Shown piece by piece: positions 32,311-42,727 of a DNA stretch of 64,000 nucleotides. Within the stretch, counting starts at the first letter, position 1; each line of letters starts with the position of its first letter. The DNA lies in contig CAYPGK010000002.1 in assembly GCA_964410055.1 (NCBI GenBank), forward strand, positions 1,642-65,641, given 5' to 3'. Below the pieces are notes generated by a model. It did not search any database. It was not told where the DNA came from and was given only the letters and a program-made list of their open reading frames with translations. This DNA comes from an uncultured Gemmatimonadaceae bacterium. GTDB taxonomy: Bacteria; Gemmatimonadota; Gemmatimonadetes; Longimicrobiales; RSA9. The position numbers and the translations under genes are program-made.

Positions 32311-34327
32311 CGAAGCCGAGGAGGATCAGCACGCCGATCGCAACCGCGAACGCGTACGTGTTGAGCTGCCCCGTCTGGAGCCGGGAGCCGACCCACCCGA
32401 GGGCGCGGGACGCCTGGCCGAAACCATTGACCGCGCCATCGATGAGTCCCTGGTCCACGTAGCGCCACAGCGCCTTCGAAGCGCCCACGATCGGCCGGAC
32501 CACCACAGCGTCGTAGACCTCGTCGATGTACCACTTGTTGTGGAGGAGACGCCCGAGCCCGATCGGCTCCGGCGACTCCGTGGCCGGCCGGTACTGCCGG
32601 CTCCCGATGATCCGCGAAGCGATCAGGATCACGGCGATCGCGATCCCGCACGATGCAACCGCCCAGAACGCCGCACTTCCGCCGATCGGCGCGGCTTCGG
32701 CCAGCGCCGGCAGGTTGGCCGCCATGATCGCGTCCGCATTCGCCGTGATCGGGTGCAGCCACTCGTGCAGCCACTCGGAGTTCGGGATCCAGCCGAAGAC
32801 CGGCAGCTCGGCGACCACGTGCGGAACGTTGATCCACCCGCCCACGATCGAGAGGACCGCGAGCACCGCGAGCGGGACCCACATGACCGCCGGCACCTCT
32901 CTCAGGTGCTTGCGCTCGGCTTCGCCCGTGCGGTTCTCGCCGTGGAACGTCATGACCATCATCCGCGTCATGTAGAACGCGGTCAGGACCGCGGCGAAGA
33001 GCGCAACCGCCCAGATCACCTTGTACCAGCCGGCGTACGGCCCGACCGCATGGGCCGCGGCCTGCCAGATGATCTCATCCTTCGAGAAGAAGCCAGCGAA
33101 GGGCCAGACACCCGCGATCGCGAGCGTCGCGATCCACATCGTGCCGAAGGTGATCGGCATGTACTTCCTGAGACCGCCCATGTTGCGCATGTCCTGGGGG
33201 TCCCAGTCCTTGTTCGTGTGGTGGAAGGCCTCGTGCATCGCGTGGATGACCGCGCCCGAGCCCAGGAAGAGGAGCGCCTTGAAGAAGGCGTGCGTCATCA
33301 GGTGGAACACGCCCGCGGCGAACGCGCCGACGCCCACGCCGATGAACATGTAGCCGAGCTGCGAGACGGTCGAATACGCCAGGACCTTCTTGATGTCGTA
33401 CTGCTTGAGGCCGATCGTCGCGGCGAAGAGCGCGGTCAGCGCACCCACACCGGCGACCACGACCTGACTGACCGGCGCGAGTGCGAAGAGGACGCCCGCG
33501 CGCGCGACCATGTAGACGCCCGCGGTCACCATCGTGGCTGCGTGGATCAGCGCGCTGACCGGCGTGGGACCGGCCATCGCGTCAGGCAGCCAGACGTAGA
33601 GCGGGATCTGCGCGCTCTTCCCGGTCGCGCCGAGGAAGAGGAACAGCGTGATCGCCGTGATCACCCCGCCGCCGTAGACGAACGCGTTCGGCGCCGCCTC
33701 GAAGACCCCGACGTAGTCCAGCGTGCCCAGGTTGCTGAAGATCAGCATCATGGCCACGATGAAGCCGAAGTCGCCGATGCGGTTGACGATGAACGCCTTC
33801 TTCCCCGCGTCCGCGTTCTTGCGCTCCTTGTACCAGAAGCCGATCAGCAGGTAGCTGCAGAGCCCGACGCCTTCCCACCCCACGAACATGAGCGGGAAGC
33901 TCGCACCGAGGACCAGCACCAGCATGAAGAAGACGAAGAGGTTCAGGTACGCGAAGTAGCGCGCGTACCCCGTGTCCGCCTTCATGTAGCCGATGCTGAA
34001 GATGTGGATCAGCGTCCCGACGCCGGTAATGATCAGCGTCATCAACATGGAGAGCTGATCGAGCTGGAGCGCCGCATCGATCTGGAGGCTCCCCACCGGC
34101 ATCCACGACCAGTAGCTGTGGACGTAGGGCTCGGCCAGATCCGCCCCCAGCATCCGCAGGAAGTTGGTCAGCGCGATGAGGAACGCCAGCCCGAGGACGG
34201 CGGGCCCGACGACCGACGGGATCGTCTTCCGCTCCGGTGCGAGGAACGCCGTCAGTCCGTTGACGGCGAAGCCCAGCAACGGCAGCAGTACGATCGCACC
34301 GAGTAGAGTGGGTTCGAAGTGCTGCAC
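32300..34327 (-). CDS. nuoL: NADH-quinone oxidoreductase subunit L
   Basis: 675 aa, the longest antiporter-like subunit, and it follows nuoK. Confidence 0.9.
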   Translation of the reverse strand: MQHFEPTLLGAIVLLPLLGFAVNGLTAFLAPERKTIPSVVGPAVLGLAFLIALTNFLRMLGADLAEPYVHSYWSWMPVGSLQIDAALQLDQLSMLMTLIITGVGTLIHIFSIGYMKADTGYARYFAYLNLFVFFMLVLVLGASFPLMFVGWEGVGLCSYLLIGFWYKERKNADAGKKAFIVNRIGDFGFIVAMMLIFSNLGTLDYVGVFEAAPNAFVYGGGVITAITLFLFLGATGKSAQIPLYVWLPDAMAGPTPVSALIHAATMVTAGVYMVARAGVLFALAPVSQVVVAGVGALTALFAATIGLKQYDIKKVLAYSTVSQLGYMFIGVGVGAFAAGVFHLMTHAFFKALLFLGSGAVIHAMHEAFHHTNKDWDPQDMRNMGGLRKYMPITFGTMWIATLAIAGVWPFAGFFSKDEIIWQAAAHAVGPYAGWYKVIWAVALFAAVLTAFYMTRMMVMTFHGENRTGEAERKHLREVPAVMWVPLAVLAVLSIVGGWINVPHVVAELPVFGWIPNSEWLHEWLHPITANADAIMAANLPALAEAAPIGGSAAFWAVASCGIAIAVILIASRIIGSRQYRPATESPEPIGLGRLLHNKWYIDEVYDAVVVRPIVGASKALWRYVDQGLIDGAVNGFGQASRALGWVGSRLQTGQLNTYAFAVAIGVLILLGFVAF

Positions 34328-34328
34328 G

Positions 34329-34622
34329 TCACCACCGTAGCAGGTTGAAGTTCTTCAGATCCACCGTCTCCGAGTGGCGGAAGAGCGAGATCACGATCGC
34401 CAGCCCGACGGCCGCCTCGGCCGCCGCCACCGCCATGACGAAGAACACGAACACCTGACCCTCGATCCCGACCGCGCGCGAGAGCGCGACGAACGCGAGA
34501 TTCACCGCATTGAGCATGAGCTCGATGCAGAGGAAGAGAATGATCGCGTTGCGCCGGACCACGACGCCGAGCACGCCGATCGAGAAGAGGATCGCCGCCA
34601 GCACCAGCGAGTTCGTCAACAC
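34329..34622 (-). CDS. nuoK: NADH-quinone oxidoreductase subunit K
   Basis: 97-aa, 3-TM protein: [42 protein letters not shown]... Confidence 0.92.
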   Translation of the reverse strand: MLTNSLVLAAILFSIGVLGVVVRRNAIILFLCIELMLNAVNLAFVALSRAVGIEGQVFVFFVMAVAAAEAAVGLAIVISLFRHSETVDLKNFNLLRW

Positions 34623-34625
34623 CGC

Positions 34626-35138
34626 TCAGACCCTCCGCTTGGCGAGGAGGACGGCGCCGATCACCGCGACGAGCAGCAGGATCGACGTCAGCTCGAAGGC
34701 AACGAGGAAGTCCCTGAAGAGTGGCTCGGCGATGATCGACACCGCATTGCCGCCCTCGGCCGCCTTCTCGAGCAGCGGATCGCCGCCCATGGCCAGCCCC
34801 TCCGCCCCCGCGAACGAGCGCCAGATGAAGTAGAAGATCAGCCCCGTCGTCGCGAAGCCCGAAACCAGCCACGCGCCCTTGCGCAGGTCCGGCCGGAAGT
34901 CGTGACCGAGGTTCAGGAGCATGATCACGAACAGGAACAACACCATGATCGCGCCGGCGTAGACCATGATCTGCACCGCGCCGATGAAGTGCGCGCCGAG
35001 CAGAATGTAGATCGCGGCCAGGCTGAAGAACGTCAGCACCAGCGAGAGCAGGCTGGCGACCGGATTACGGCCGAGGACCGTTCCGGCCGCGCCGCCCACC
35101 GCCAGACTGGCGAAGACCCACCACAGGAGATCGCTCAT
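34626..35138 (-). CDS. nuoJ: NADH-quinone oxidoreductase subunit J
   Basis: The inner ATG (35136-35138, ATGA overlap with the nuoI stop) gives MSDLLWWVFASLAVGGAAGTVLGRNPVASLL... Confidence 0.88.
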   Translation of the reverse strand: MSDLLWWVFASLAVGGAAGTVLGRNPVASLLSLVLTFFSLAAIYILLGAHFIGAVQIMVYAGAIMVLFLFVIMLLNLGHDFRPDLRKGAWLVSGFATTGLIFYFIWRSFAGAEGLAMGGDPLLEKAAEGGNAVSIIAEPLFRDFLVAFELTSILLLVAVIGAVLLAKRRV

Positions 35139-35632
35139 TGACTCAACGGATCGCTCGGGTCCCACAACACGGTGACCGGGTGATCCTGTGCCATCAGCCG
35201 GTCCAGATCGTACACGAAGCGCTCCCGCGTGTACTCGGCGTTCTCGTAGTCCTGCCCGACGTGGATCGCCTCGACCGGGCAGACCTCCTGACACATCCCG
35301 CAGAAGATGCAGCGGAATTCGTCGATCTCGTACACCACAGGGTAGCGGTTGCCCTGGTCGTCCTCACCCGGCACCAGCCGGATGCAGTTGGCCGGGCAGA
35401 TCGTCGGGCACAGCCCACAGGCGACGCACTTCGGCCGGCCGTCCGCATGGACCTCCATGCGGTGCGTCCCGCGCCACCGGGGCGAGAGTTCCGGCTTCTC
35501 GTCCGGGTATTCCCGCGTCACCTTCTTCGGGTTGACGAGGTGCCGGAACGTGAGCGCCATCCCCTTGAGCGTCGCCCGCAGGTAGGAGGTCGACTCCTCG
35601 GGGCGCCTTACCGTCTTAACACCGATCGCCAT
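35135..35632 (-). CDS. nuoI: NADH-quinone oxidoreductase subunit I (2x[4Fe-4S] ferredoxin-type)
   Basis: It is the last 165 codons of a 501-aa track ORF, starting MAIGVKTVRRPEE... The cluster motifs are CVACGLCPTICP and CIFCGMCQEVCP. Confidence 0.9.
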   Translation of the reverse strand: MAIGVKTVRRPEESTSYLRATLKGMALTFRHLVNPKKVTREYPDEKPELSPRWRGTHRMEVHADGRPKCVACGLCPTICPANCIRLVPGEDDQGNRYPVVYEIDEFRCIFCGMCQEVCPVEAIHVGQDYENAEYTRERFVYDLDRLMAQDHPVTVLWDPSDPLSQ

Positions 35633-35658
35633 GCCTCGGCTCCAGTCGTTCGAATGCT

Positions 35659-36978
35659 TCAGTCCGAGCGGGCCGGCACGAAAGCCGGCTCCGTCGCGGG
35701 CACACCCACCGCCGGCTCGCCCTCGAGGACCAGCGCCGGCCGCGGCGGCACCCGCCTCGGCGCACGCCGCGCCGCCGCGCCCGAGATCACCCGGTCGCGG
35801 TCGAACACCCACAGGAAGATCCCGGTGGCGACCACGTTGATCGCAGTCAGGATCAGCCCGTAGACGAAGCCGAACTCCATCCCGATCGCATCCAGCCCGA
35901 GGATGGCGACGGCCATGACCACGACGTAGACGAGCGCGATCGGCAGCATCACCTTCCACCCCAGGTGCATGATCTGGTCGTACCGGAACCGCGGCAGCGT
36001 CCAGCGCACCCACATGTAGAGGAAGACGAAGAATCCGGTCTTGACGGCGAAGGCCGCAAACGTCGCGAGCGTCTTGAGCACGCTCGGCGCCGCGCCCTCG
36101 ACGACGCCCGGCGCAACGACCCGCATGTCGTCCCAGCTCGTGAACGGGATGTCCCACCCGCCCAGGAACAGCGTCGCCATGAGCGCCGAAGCCGTCAGCA
36201 CGTGGGCGTACTCGGTGATGAAGAACATGCTGAACTTCATCGCCGAATACTCGGTGTGGAACCCGGCCGCCAGCTCGGTCTCGGACTCCGGCATGTCGAA
36301 GGGCAGACGGTTCGTCTCCGCGAACGCCGAGATCACGAAGAAGAGGAACGACAGCCCGAGCGGGAACGCGAACCAGAGGCCGAGCTCCTGCTGCTGCGTC
36401 CAGACCATCTGCGTGAGCGTCACGTTGCCGGCCAGCATGTAGAGCGGGATCAGGCTGATCCCCATCGAGACCTCGTAGCTGACCATCTGCGCGCTCGCGC
36501 GCAGCCCGCCCAGGAACGCGTACTTGTTGTTCGACGCCCAGCCGGCCATCACGATGCCGTAGACGGCGAGGCTGCTCAGCGCCAGGATCAGCAGGATCCC
36601 GATCGGCACGTCGGCGACGATCATGTCGACCACCCCCCACGGCGTCGGCAGCGGCGCCGCGAACGGGATGACCGAGAACGTGACCAGCGCCGGGATGATC
36701 GACAACATCGGCGCGAGGATGAAGAAGAACTTCGAGACCTCCGCCGGGAGCGTCTCCTCCTTGAGGATGTTCTTCAGCCCGTCCGCGAGCGGCTGGAAGA
36801 GCCCCTTCGGCCCGACGCGGTTCGGACCGCGCCGGTCCTGGATCCAGGCCGAAAGCCAGCGCTCGAGCAGCGTGAGGTACGCGACCGCGACCAGGAGCAC
36901 CGTGAACCCGGCGATGACCTTGATCACCGAGCTCACGAGGAACGCCGTGGACGAGAGGGCACCAACCTCGTGCATCAC
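35659..36978 (-). CDS. nuoH: NADH-quinone oxidoreductase subunit H (with a ~50-aa Pro/Ala/Arg-rich C-terminal tail)
   Basis: Contains LLERWLSAWIQDRRGPNRVGPKGLFQPLADGLK. The GTG/ATG start overlaps the nuoG stop. Confidence 0.9.
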   Translation of the reverse strand: MMHEVGALSSTAFLVSSVIKVIAGFTVLLVAVAYLTLLERWLSAWIQDRRGPNRVGPKGLFQPLADGLKNILKEETLPAEVSKFFFILAPMLSIIPALVTFSVIPFAAPLPTPWGVVDMIVADVPIGILLILALSSLAVYGIVMAGWASNNKYAFLGGLRASAQMVSYEVSMGISLIPLYMLAGNVTLTQMVWTQQQELGLWFAFPLGLSFLFFVISAFAETNRLPFDMPESETELAAGFHTEYSAMKFSMFFITEYAHVLTASALMATLFLGGWDIPFTSWDDMRVVAPGVVEGAAPSVLKTLATFAAFAVKTGFFVFLYMWVRWTLPRFRYDQIMHLGWKVMLPIALVYVVVMAVAILGLDAIGMEFGFVYGLILTAINVVATGIFLWVFDRDRVISGAAARRAPRRVPPRPALVLEGEPAVGVPATEPAFVPARSD

Positions 36979-38600
36979 ACCACCTCCGCGCCGCCGGCCG
37001 TGATCTTGACCGACTCGTTGAGAAGCGCGCCGCGCGGCCCGATCACCTCATAGCTGAGCCCCTTGAACGCACCGAACGACGCACCGAGCTGAAGGAACGC
37101 GTCCGCCGCGCTCGCCGGCGCCTGCGCATCCTCGAGCCCGGCCAGGGCCACGCCGAGGATCTGCCACGCCGGGCGAGCCAGCCCGGGCGCCTGGAGCGCC
37201 GGCCAGAAGCGCTGGACCCGCCCCTCGAAGTTCGTGAACGTGCCCTCCTGCTCCGCGAACGTGGTGAGCGGGAGGACGAAGTCCGCGTTCCGCGCCGCGG
37301 CGCCGAGCTGATCGCCGAGGTAGACGAACAGGCCGGCGTCTGCGCCGAACGTCTCGGGCTGGTCCGCCAGCGCATCGCCGAGGACGATGAGCGTCGCGCC
37401 GGTGGCGACGTCGAGCCCGCCACGCGCCTCGTCGTCACCCGTCCGCTTGAAGCCGAGCACGTCGAGCCCGTGCGAGTTGGCCGAGAGGTCCCGCCGGCGA
37501 GCTAGTTTCGGGAACCCGGGGCAGGCGACCTCGTCGTCGGCACGCGCCGAACGGTAGACCAGCGTCCCGCCGCCGAGCGCATCCACGAGCCGGGCGAGGA
37601 AGCCGTTGTCCTCGTTGGCGTGCATCGCCGAGCCGACGGCGTAGACGGGCGCCGTGCCACGGACCGCCGAGAGCCGCTCGACCAGGGCGGTCATCGCCTG
37701 CTGCCAGCTCGTGGCGACGAGCTTGCCGCTCTCGTCCCGCACCAGCGGCGCCTCGATCCGGTCCAGCCGGTTCATCCACTCGTAGCGATGCCGGCCGTAA
37801 TCGCACATCCAGTACGCGTTGACGTCCGGGTTCTCACGCGGCTTGAGGCGCTGGACCACGTTGTCGCGCGTCTCGATCCGGATGTTGCACCCCTGGGAGC
37901 AGTTGGGGCAGATCGACGGCGTGCGGTCCAGATCCCAGGCCCGCGCCTTGTGCAGGAAGTCCTTGGAGATGAGCGCGCCGACCGGGCAGATGTCGACGAT
38001 GTTGCCCGCCCACATCGAGCCCTCGAGACCGTGGTCGAAGAAGGTGTCGATGACCGAGCGGTTCCCGCGCTGGACCACGCCCAGCGCTTCATCGCCGGCG
38101 ACCTCGCGCATGAAGCGCACGCACCGCGTGCACATGATGCAGCGGTCACCCTCGTAGAGGATGTCGCCGCCGAAGTCGTCACGGCCGAAGATGCGCTTCG
38201 GCTCGACCGAGCGCCCGTGCTTGCGCCCCTCCTGCGCGACGTAGTCCTGGAGCTTGCACTCGCCGGCCTGGTCGCAGACCGGGCAGTCGAGCGGGTGGTT
38301 GACCAGGTAGAACTCGAGGACGCCGGTGCGAGCGGTCTGCGCCTTCTCGCTCTCAGTGTTGATCACCTGCCCGTCGGCCACCTGCGTGACGCACGCGGGC
38401 GTCAGCTTCGGCATCCCTTCGACCTCGACCAGGCACATGCGGCACTGGGCCGGCGCCGAAAGCCCCGGGTGGTAGCAATAGTGCGGGATCCCGATGCCCG
38501 CCCGCTCGGCGGCCTCGATGATCCGCGTCCCCTTCGGCACCTCGACCTGCACGCCGTTGATCGTGCAGGTGATCGTATCCTTTTGCTCGTTGGCTCCCAA
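36975..38600 (-). CDS. nuoG: NADH-quinone oxidoreductase subunit G (short, 541-aa form)
   Basis: The N-terminal 2Fe-2S and 4Fe-4S motifs are PHYCYHPGLSAPAQCRMCLVEV, HPLDCPVCDQAGEC, CIMCTRCVRF and ICPVGAL. Confidence 0.88.
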   Translation of the reverse strand: MGANEQKDTITCTINGVQVEVPKGTRIIEAAERAGIGIPHYCYHPGLSAPAQCRMCLVEVEGMPKLTPACVTQVADGQVINTESEKAQTARTGVLEFYLVNHPLDCPVCDQAGECKLQDYVAQEGRKHGRSVEPKRIFGRDDFGGDILYEGDRCIMCTRCVRFMREVAGDEALGVVQRGNRSVIDTFFDHGLEGSMWAGNIVDICPVGALISKDFLHKARAWDLDRTPSICPNCSQGCNIRIETRDNVVQRLKPRENPDVNAYWMCDYGRHRYEWMNRLDRIEAPLVRDESGKLVATSWQQAMTALVERLSAVRGTAPVYAVGSAMHANEDNGFLARLVDALGGGTLVYRSARADDEVACPGFPKLARRRDLSANSHGLDVLGFKRTGDDEARGGLDVATGATLIVLGDALADQPETFGADAGLFVYLGDQLGAAARNADFVLPLTTFAEQEGTFTNFEGRVQRFWPALQAPGLARPAWQILGVALAGLEDAQAPASAADAFLQLGASFGAFKGLSYEVIGPRGALLNESVKITAGGAEVV

Positions 38601-38668
38601 CGTTCTCCTCCCCGTAGCCTGTTCGCCGACGTTGGCCTGTCGCTACGGTTCGCCGTCGACCCGGCCGA

Positions 38669-39970
38669 TCACGCGCCGGCGGCCACGGCCACCGGCCGCT
38701 CGCCGCTCGGAATGAGCGCCAGGTAATCGTCCCGGAACTTCCGGATCGAGCTCGCGACCGGCGCCGCCGCACTGTCGCTCAGCACGCAGATCGTCGTGCC
38801 CGTCATGTTCGCGCCCACTTCGAGGAGCGTGTTCAGGTCCTCCTCGGTCCCCTGCCCCCGCTCGATGCGGCGGAGGATCTTGGCCAGCCACTCCGTACCC
38901 TCGCGGCACGGCGTGCACTGGCCGCACGACTCGTGGGCGTAGAACTCGACCATGCGCCGGACCTGCTTGACGATGTTGGTCCGGTCGTCCATCACGATGA
39001 CCGAGGCCGTGCCCAGCATGCTCCCCGCAGCCGCCACACTCTCGTAGTCCATCGCGATGTCGATCTCGTCCGCGCTCAGGATCGGCACCGAGCTTCCGCC
39101 GGGGATGACCGCCTTGAGACTGCGCCCGTCGCGGATCCCGCCGCAGACGTCGTAGATCAGCTCCTTCATGTTGAAGCCGAGCGGCAGCTCGAAGTTGCCG
39201 CGCCGGACCACGTGGCCCGAGACGTTGAACAGCTTTGTGCCCGGGCTCTTCTCCGTCCCCCACTGGCGGTACCAATCGCCGCCGTTCTTGATGATGTGCG
39301 GGACGGTGCTGATCGTCTCGACGTTGTTGATCGTGGTCGGCATCCCGAACGCGCCGACTGCCGCCGGGAAGGGCGGCTTCACGCGCGGCTGGCCGCGGCG
39401 CCCCTCCAGCGAGTTCATGAGCGCCGTCTCCTCGCCGCAAATGTAGGCGCCCGCACCGATGTGCAGCGTGATGTCGAGGTCGACGCCCGAGCCCATGATG
39501 TCCTTGCCCGCGAACCCGGCCGCGTACGCCTCCTCGATCGCGCGCCCGACGATCTGCGCCGGCTCGAAGAACTCGCCGCGCATGTAGATGTAGACGTGCG
39601 TCGCACGAATCGCGAAGCCGCCGATCAGCGCGCCCTCGACCACCTGATGGGGCGTCCAGCGCAGCAGCTCACGGTCCTTGAACGCGCCCGGCTCCGACTC
39701 GTCCGCGTTGATGAGCAGGTAGTGCGGCTTGCCATCGTCCTTCGGCATGAAGCTCCACTTCATGCCGGTCGGGAAGCCCGCGCCGCCCCGGCCCCGGAGG
39801 CCGCTCTTCTTGACCTCCTCGATCACCGCATCCGGCCCCATTTCGAGCGCCTTCTTCAGCGCCTCGTAGCCGCCTCGCTCGCGCCAACCCTGGAGCGTGC
39901 GCGCGGCCGGATCGCCGAAGTGTTCGCTCAGGATCCGGACTTCCTTGTCGTGACGATAGGGGTACGCCAT
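38669..39970 (-). CDS. nuoF: NADH-quinone oxidoreductase subunit F (NADH/FMN-binding)
   Basis: Contains GLRGRGGAGFPTG, YICGEETAL and ESCGQCTPCREG. Confidence 0.93.
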   Translation of the reverse strand: MAYPYRHDKEVRILSEHFGDPAARTLQGWRERGGYEALKKALEMGPDAVIEEVKKSGLRGRGGAGFPTGMKWSFMPKDDGKPHYLLINADESEPGAFKDRELLRWTPHQVVEGALIGGFAIRATHVYIYMRGEFFEPAQIVGRAIEEAYAAGFAGKDIMGSGVDLDITLHIGAGAYICGEETALMNSLEGRRGQPRVKPPFPAAVGAFGMPTTINNVETISTVPHIIKNGGDWYRQWGTEKSPGTKLFNVSGHVVRRGNFELPLGFNMKELIYDVCGGIRDGRSLKAVIPGGSSVPILSADEIDIAMDYESVAAAGSMLGTASVIVMDDRTNIVKQVRRMVEFYAHESCGQCTPCREGTEWLAKILRRIERGQGTEEDLNTLLEVGANMTGTTICVLSDSAAAPVASSIRKFRDDYLALIPSGERPVAVAAGA

Positions 39971-40693
39971 TTATACCTCCTCCCCGCTCTCCTCGGGCGC
40001 GGGCGCGCCGCCGGCCGGCACGCCGGTCCCGGCGCCCGCCGCCTCGGCCCGCAGCCGCTCCAGGATCGCAGGGACGTCCGTCGGCTCGACGTTCTCGAAG
40101 TAGCGCTCGTTGATCTGCACCACCGTCGGGAACCCGCACGCACCCAGGCATTCCGCCTGGACGACCGTGAACTGCCCGTCCTCGCTCGTCTCGCCCGGCT
40201 CGGTCCCCGTGGCCGAGAGGAACGCCTCCAGGACCTCGTCCGCGCCGCACAGGTTGCAGCACACGTTCGTGCACACCTGCACCAGGTAGCGGCCGACCGG
40301 CGCCTTGTTGTACATGGTGTAAAAGGTGACCACACCACGCACGTACGCCGGCGAGAGCTCGAGCTCGCGCGCGACCTCTTCCATCGTCTCCGGCGAGATG
40401 TACCCCCGGATCTCCTGCGCCAGGTTCAACGTCGGCAGGAGCGCCGCCCGACGGTCGGGGTAGCGCGAGAGGATCTTGTCCAGTCGCTCGCGGTAGGGGC
40501 CTTCGAAGAGCGGAGCGTCCGGGTTCTTCTCCGCGAGGATGTAAGGATACGAGCAGGCGCCACCAGGGTGACCGCCCTCGACGGGCCGACGCCCCACGAA
40601 GTCCGTGCCCCGGACGTCGGCCTCGGTCAGATGGGGGTAGTCCCCCGTCTCTCCGGCCCAACCTGGATTCTTCACACTCACACCTATCTCCAA
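39971..40693 (-). CDS. nuoE: NADH-quinone oxidoreductase subunit E (2Fe-2S), with an N-terminal extension
   Basis: Contains RRAALLPTLNLAQE, VQVCTNVCCNLCGA and ECLGACG. The start is not verified. Confidence 0.85.
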   Translation of the reverse strand: MEIGVSVKNPGWAGETGDYPHLTEADVRGTDFVGRRPVEGGHPGGACSYPYILAEKNPDAPLFEGPYRERLDKILSRYPDRRAALLPTLNLAQEIRGYISPETMEEVARELELSPAYVRGVVTFYTMYNKAPVGRYLVQVCTNVCCNLCGADEVLEAFLSATGTEPGETSEDGQFTVVQAECLGACGFPTVVQINERYFENVEPTDVPAILERLRAEAAGAGTGVPAGGAPAPEESGEEV

Positions 40694-40737
40694 GCCGTTC
40701 CTAGCTCTCTCGCCTCAGCCCCGCCCTGCGCCGCCCC

Positions 40738-42012
40738 TTATCGGTCGATCTCGCCCAGAACGATGTCCAGGCTCGCATTGATCGTGATCACGTCGCTCAG
40801 GAGGTGTCCCTCGACCAGCTTCGGCAACGCAGAGATGTTGACGAAGCTTGGGCCCCGCACGCGCCAGCGCACCGGCTTCGAGCCGCCATCGCTGACCACG
40901 TACATCCCGAGCTCGCCCTTGGACGCCTCGACGCTGAACCAGCTCTCGCCCACGGGCGCCTTGATGCCCTCCATCACCAGCTTGAAGTGATGGATCATGG
41001 ACTCCATGTCGCTCATGGCGTCCGTCTTCCCGGGCAGGATCACCCGGGGATCGTCGACGTTGATCGGGCCGTCCGGCAGGCGATCGAGCGCCTGCTGGAG
41101 GATCCGCAGGCTCTGGCGGATCTCCTCCATGCGGACCAGGTAGCGGTCGTAGGAGTCGCCGTGCTCGCCGACGGGGACATCGAAGTCGTACGTCTCGTAG
41201 TCGTAGTACGGCCGGTCCTTGCGCACGTCGTAGGCGACGCCGGAGGCACGGAGGTTCGGGCCGGTCAGCCCGTGGTTGATCGCCTCCTCCGGCCCGATCG
41301 CGCCCACGTTCTGCAGCCGGCTGATCCAGATCTGGTTGTTCGTGAGGAGCGCCTCGATCTCGTCCAGCGTCCTCGGCAGCGTGTCGATGAAGTGCTGTAG
41401 CTGGTCCGTCCACCCGGCGGGCAGGTCCGCCATCATCCCGCCGATGCGGGTGGCCGAGGTCGTGATGCGCGCGCCGGTGTAGTCCTCGTGGAGCTTGTAG
41501 ATCCGCTCACGCTCCTGGAACGCGTAGAGGAAGACCGTCGTCGCGCCGACGTCCATCGCCGTCGTCCCCAGCCACAGCAGGTGACCGAAGATCCTGTCGA
41601 GCTCCATGAGGATGACCCGAACGACCTTGCAGCGCTCGGTCACCTCGATGCCCATCATCTTCTCGACCGCCATGGCGTAGGCGCAGTTGTAGATCAGCGG
41701 CGCCAGGTAGTCCATGCGATCGGTGAGCGGCACGATCTGGTTCCAGCCGCGGTACTCGCCCAGCTTCTCGAAGCTGGAGTGCAGGTAGCCGATGTGCGGC
41801 GTGCAACGCACCACGGTCTCGCCATCGAGCTCGAGCACCAGCCGGAGCACGCCGTGCGTGGCCGGGTGCTGCGGCCCGATGTTGATGAGCATGTGCTCAC
41901 CCTGGATCTCGGGCTCGACCCCGACCGGGAAAAGCGGCGCGTGCGTGGGCCGCCCGTCCACCCCCATCTCAGGGTTGCGCCTGACCAGGTACTCGACCGT
42001 CTTCGTCGCCAT
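40738..42012 (-). CDS. nuoD: NADH-quinone oxidoreductase subunit D
   Basis: Contains NIGPQHPATHGVLRL and ends ...DIVLGEIDR. Confidence 0.93.
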   Translation of the reverse strand: MATKTVEYLVRRNPEMGVDGRPTHAPLFPVGVEPEIQGEHMLINIGPQHPATHGVLRLVLELDGETVVRCTPHIGYLHSSFEKLGEYRGWNQIVPLTDRMDYLAPLIYNCAYAMAVEKMMGIEVTERCKVVRVILMELDRIFGHLLWLGTTAMDVGATTVFLYAFQERERIYKLHEDYTGARITTSATRIGGMMADLPAGWTDQLQHFIDTLPRTLDEIEALLTNNQIWISRLQNVGAIGPEEAINHGLTGPNLRASGVAYDVRKDRPYYDYETYDFDVPVGEHGDSYDRYLVRMEEIRQSLRILQQALDRLPDGPINVDDPRVILPGKTDAMSDMESMIHHFKLVMEGIKAPVGESWFSVEASKGELGMYVVSDGGSKPVRWRVRGPSFVNISALPKLVEGHLLSDVITINASLDIVLGEIDR

Positions 42013-42033
42013 GTTATCCGACCTCCACGGGGC

Positions 42034-42726
42034 TCATGCCCCGCGCGTCTGCGTGTTCGACGCCGCCGCCTCGCGCTCGGCGACGCGCTCGGCGACCGCC
42101 AGCTCGTGCGGAGCGTAATCCGACTCCATGTCCAGGAGCAGCGCCCGCCGGGTCTGCTCCGCCCGGCTGAACCGCCCCCGCAGCGGGAAGTCCTTGCGCA
42201 GCGGGTAGCCCTCGGCGTAGTTCTCCGGCATCAGGATCCGCCGCAGGTCCGGGTGGCCGCGGAAGCGGATCCCGAACATGTCGTACACCTCACGCTCCAA
42301 CCAATCCGCCGTCGCCCACAGATCCACCACCGTCTCCGCCTCGAGCGCATCCAGCGGCAGCTCCGCCTTCAGCCGGAGCGCGCGCTTGTGGGCAATCGAC
42401 CAGAGCTGATAGACGAGCTGCAGCGGCCGGCCTCCGCCATAATCCACCGCGGTCACGTCCACGAGCAGGTCGTACTCATGGCCCGGCGCGTCCTTCAGCC
42501 AACCGAGGATCTCCTTGCACCGGTCCGGCGCGACGAATACCACGTGCTCGTCGCCCGCCACCAGCTCGTGGTGCAGGATCGCGTCGCCGAAGGTCTCCCG
42601 CAGCGCCGCAACACTCGGATGCGACGACGCATCCGCCTCCGGGCCGCGCGTCGCCTCCGCGCCGGCGTCGCTCGACGCCGGACCCGAATCCAGACCCTCC
42701 AGGGCCTCTTCGAAGTCCTTTGCCAT
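42034..42726 (-). CDS. nuoC: NADH-quinone oxidoreductase subunit C
   Basis: Contains [24 protein letters not shown]. Confidence 0.9.
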   Translation of the reverse strand: MAKDFEEALEGLDSGPASSDAGAEATRGPEADASSHPSVAALRETFGDAILHHELVAGDEHVVFVAPDRCKEILGWLKDAPGHEYDLLVDVTAVDYGGGRPLQLVYQLWSIAHKRALRLKAELPLDALEAETVVDLWATADWLEREVYDMFGIRFRGHPDLRRILMPENYAEGYPLRKDFPLRGRFSRAEQTRRALLLDMESDYAPHELAVAERVAEREAAASNTQTRGA

Positions 42727-42727
42727 T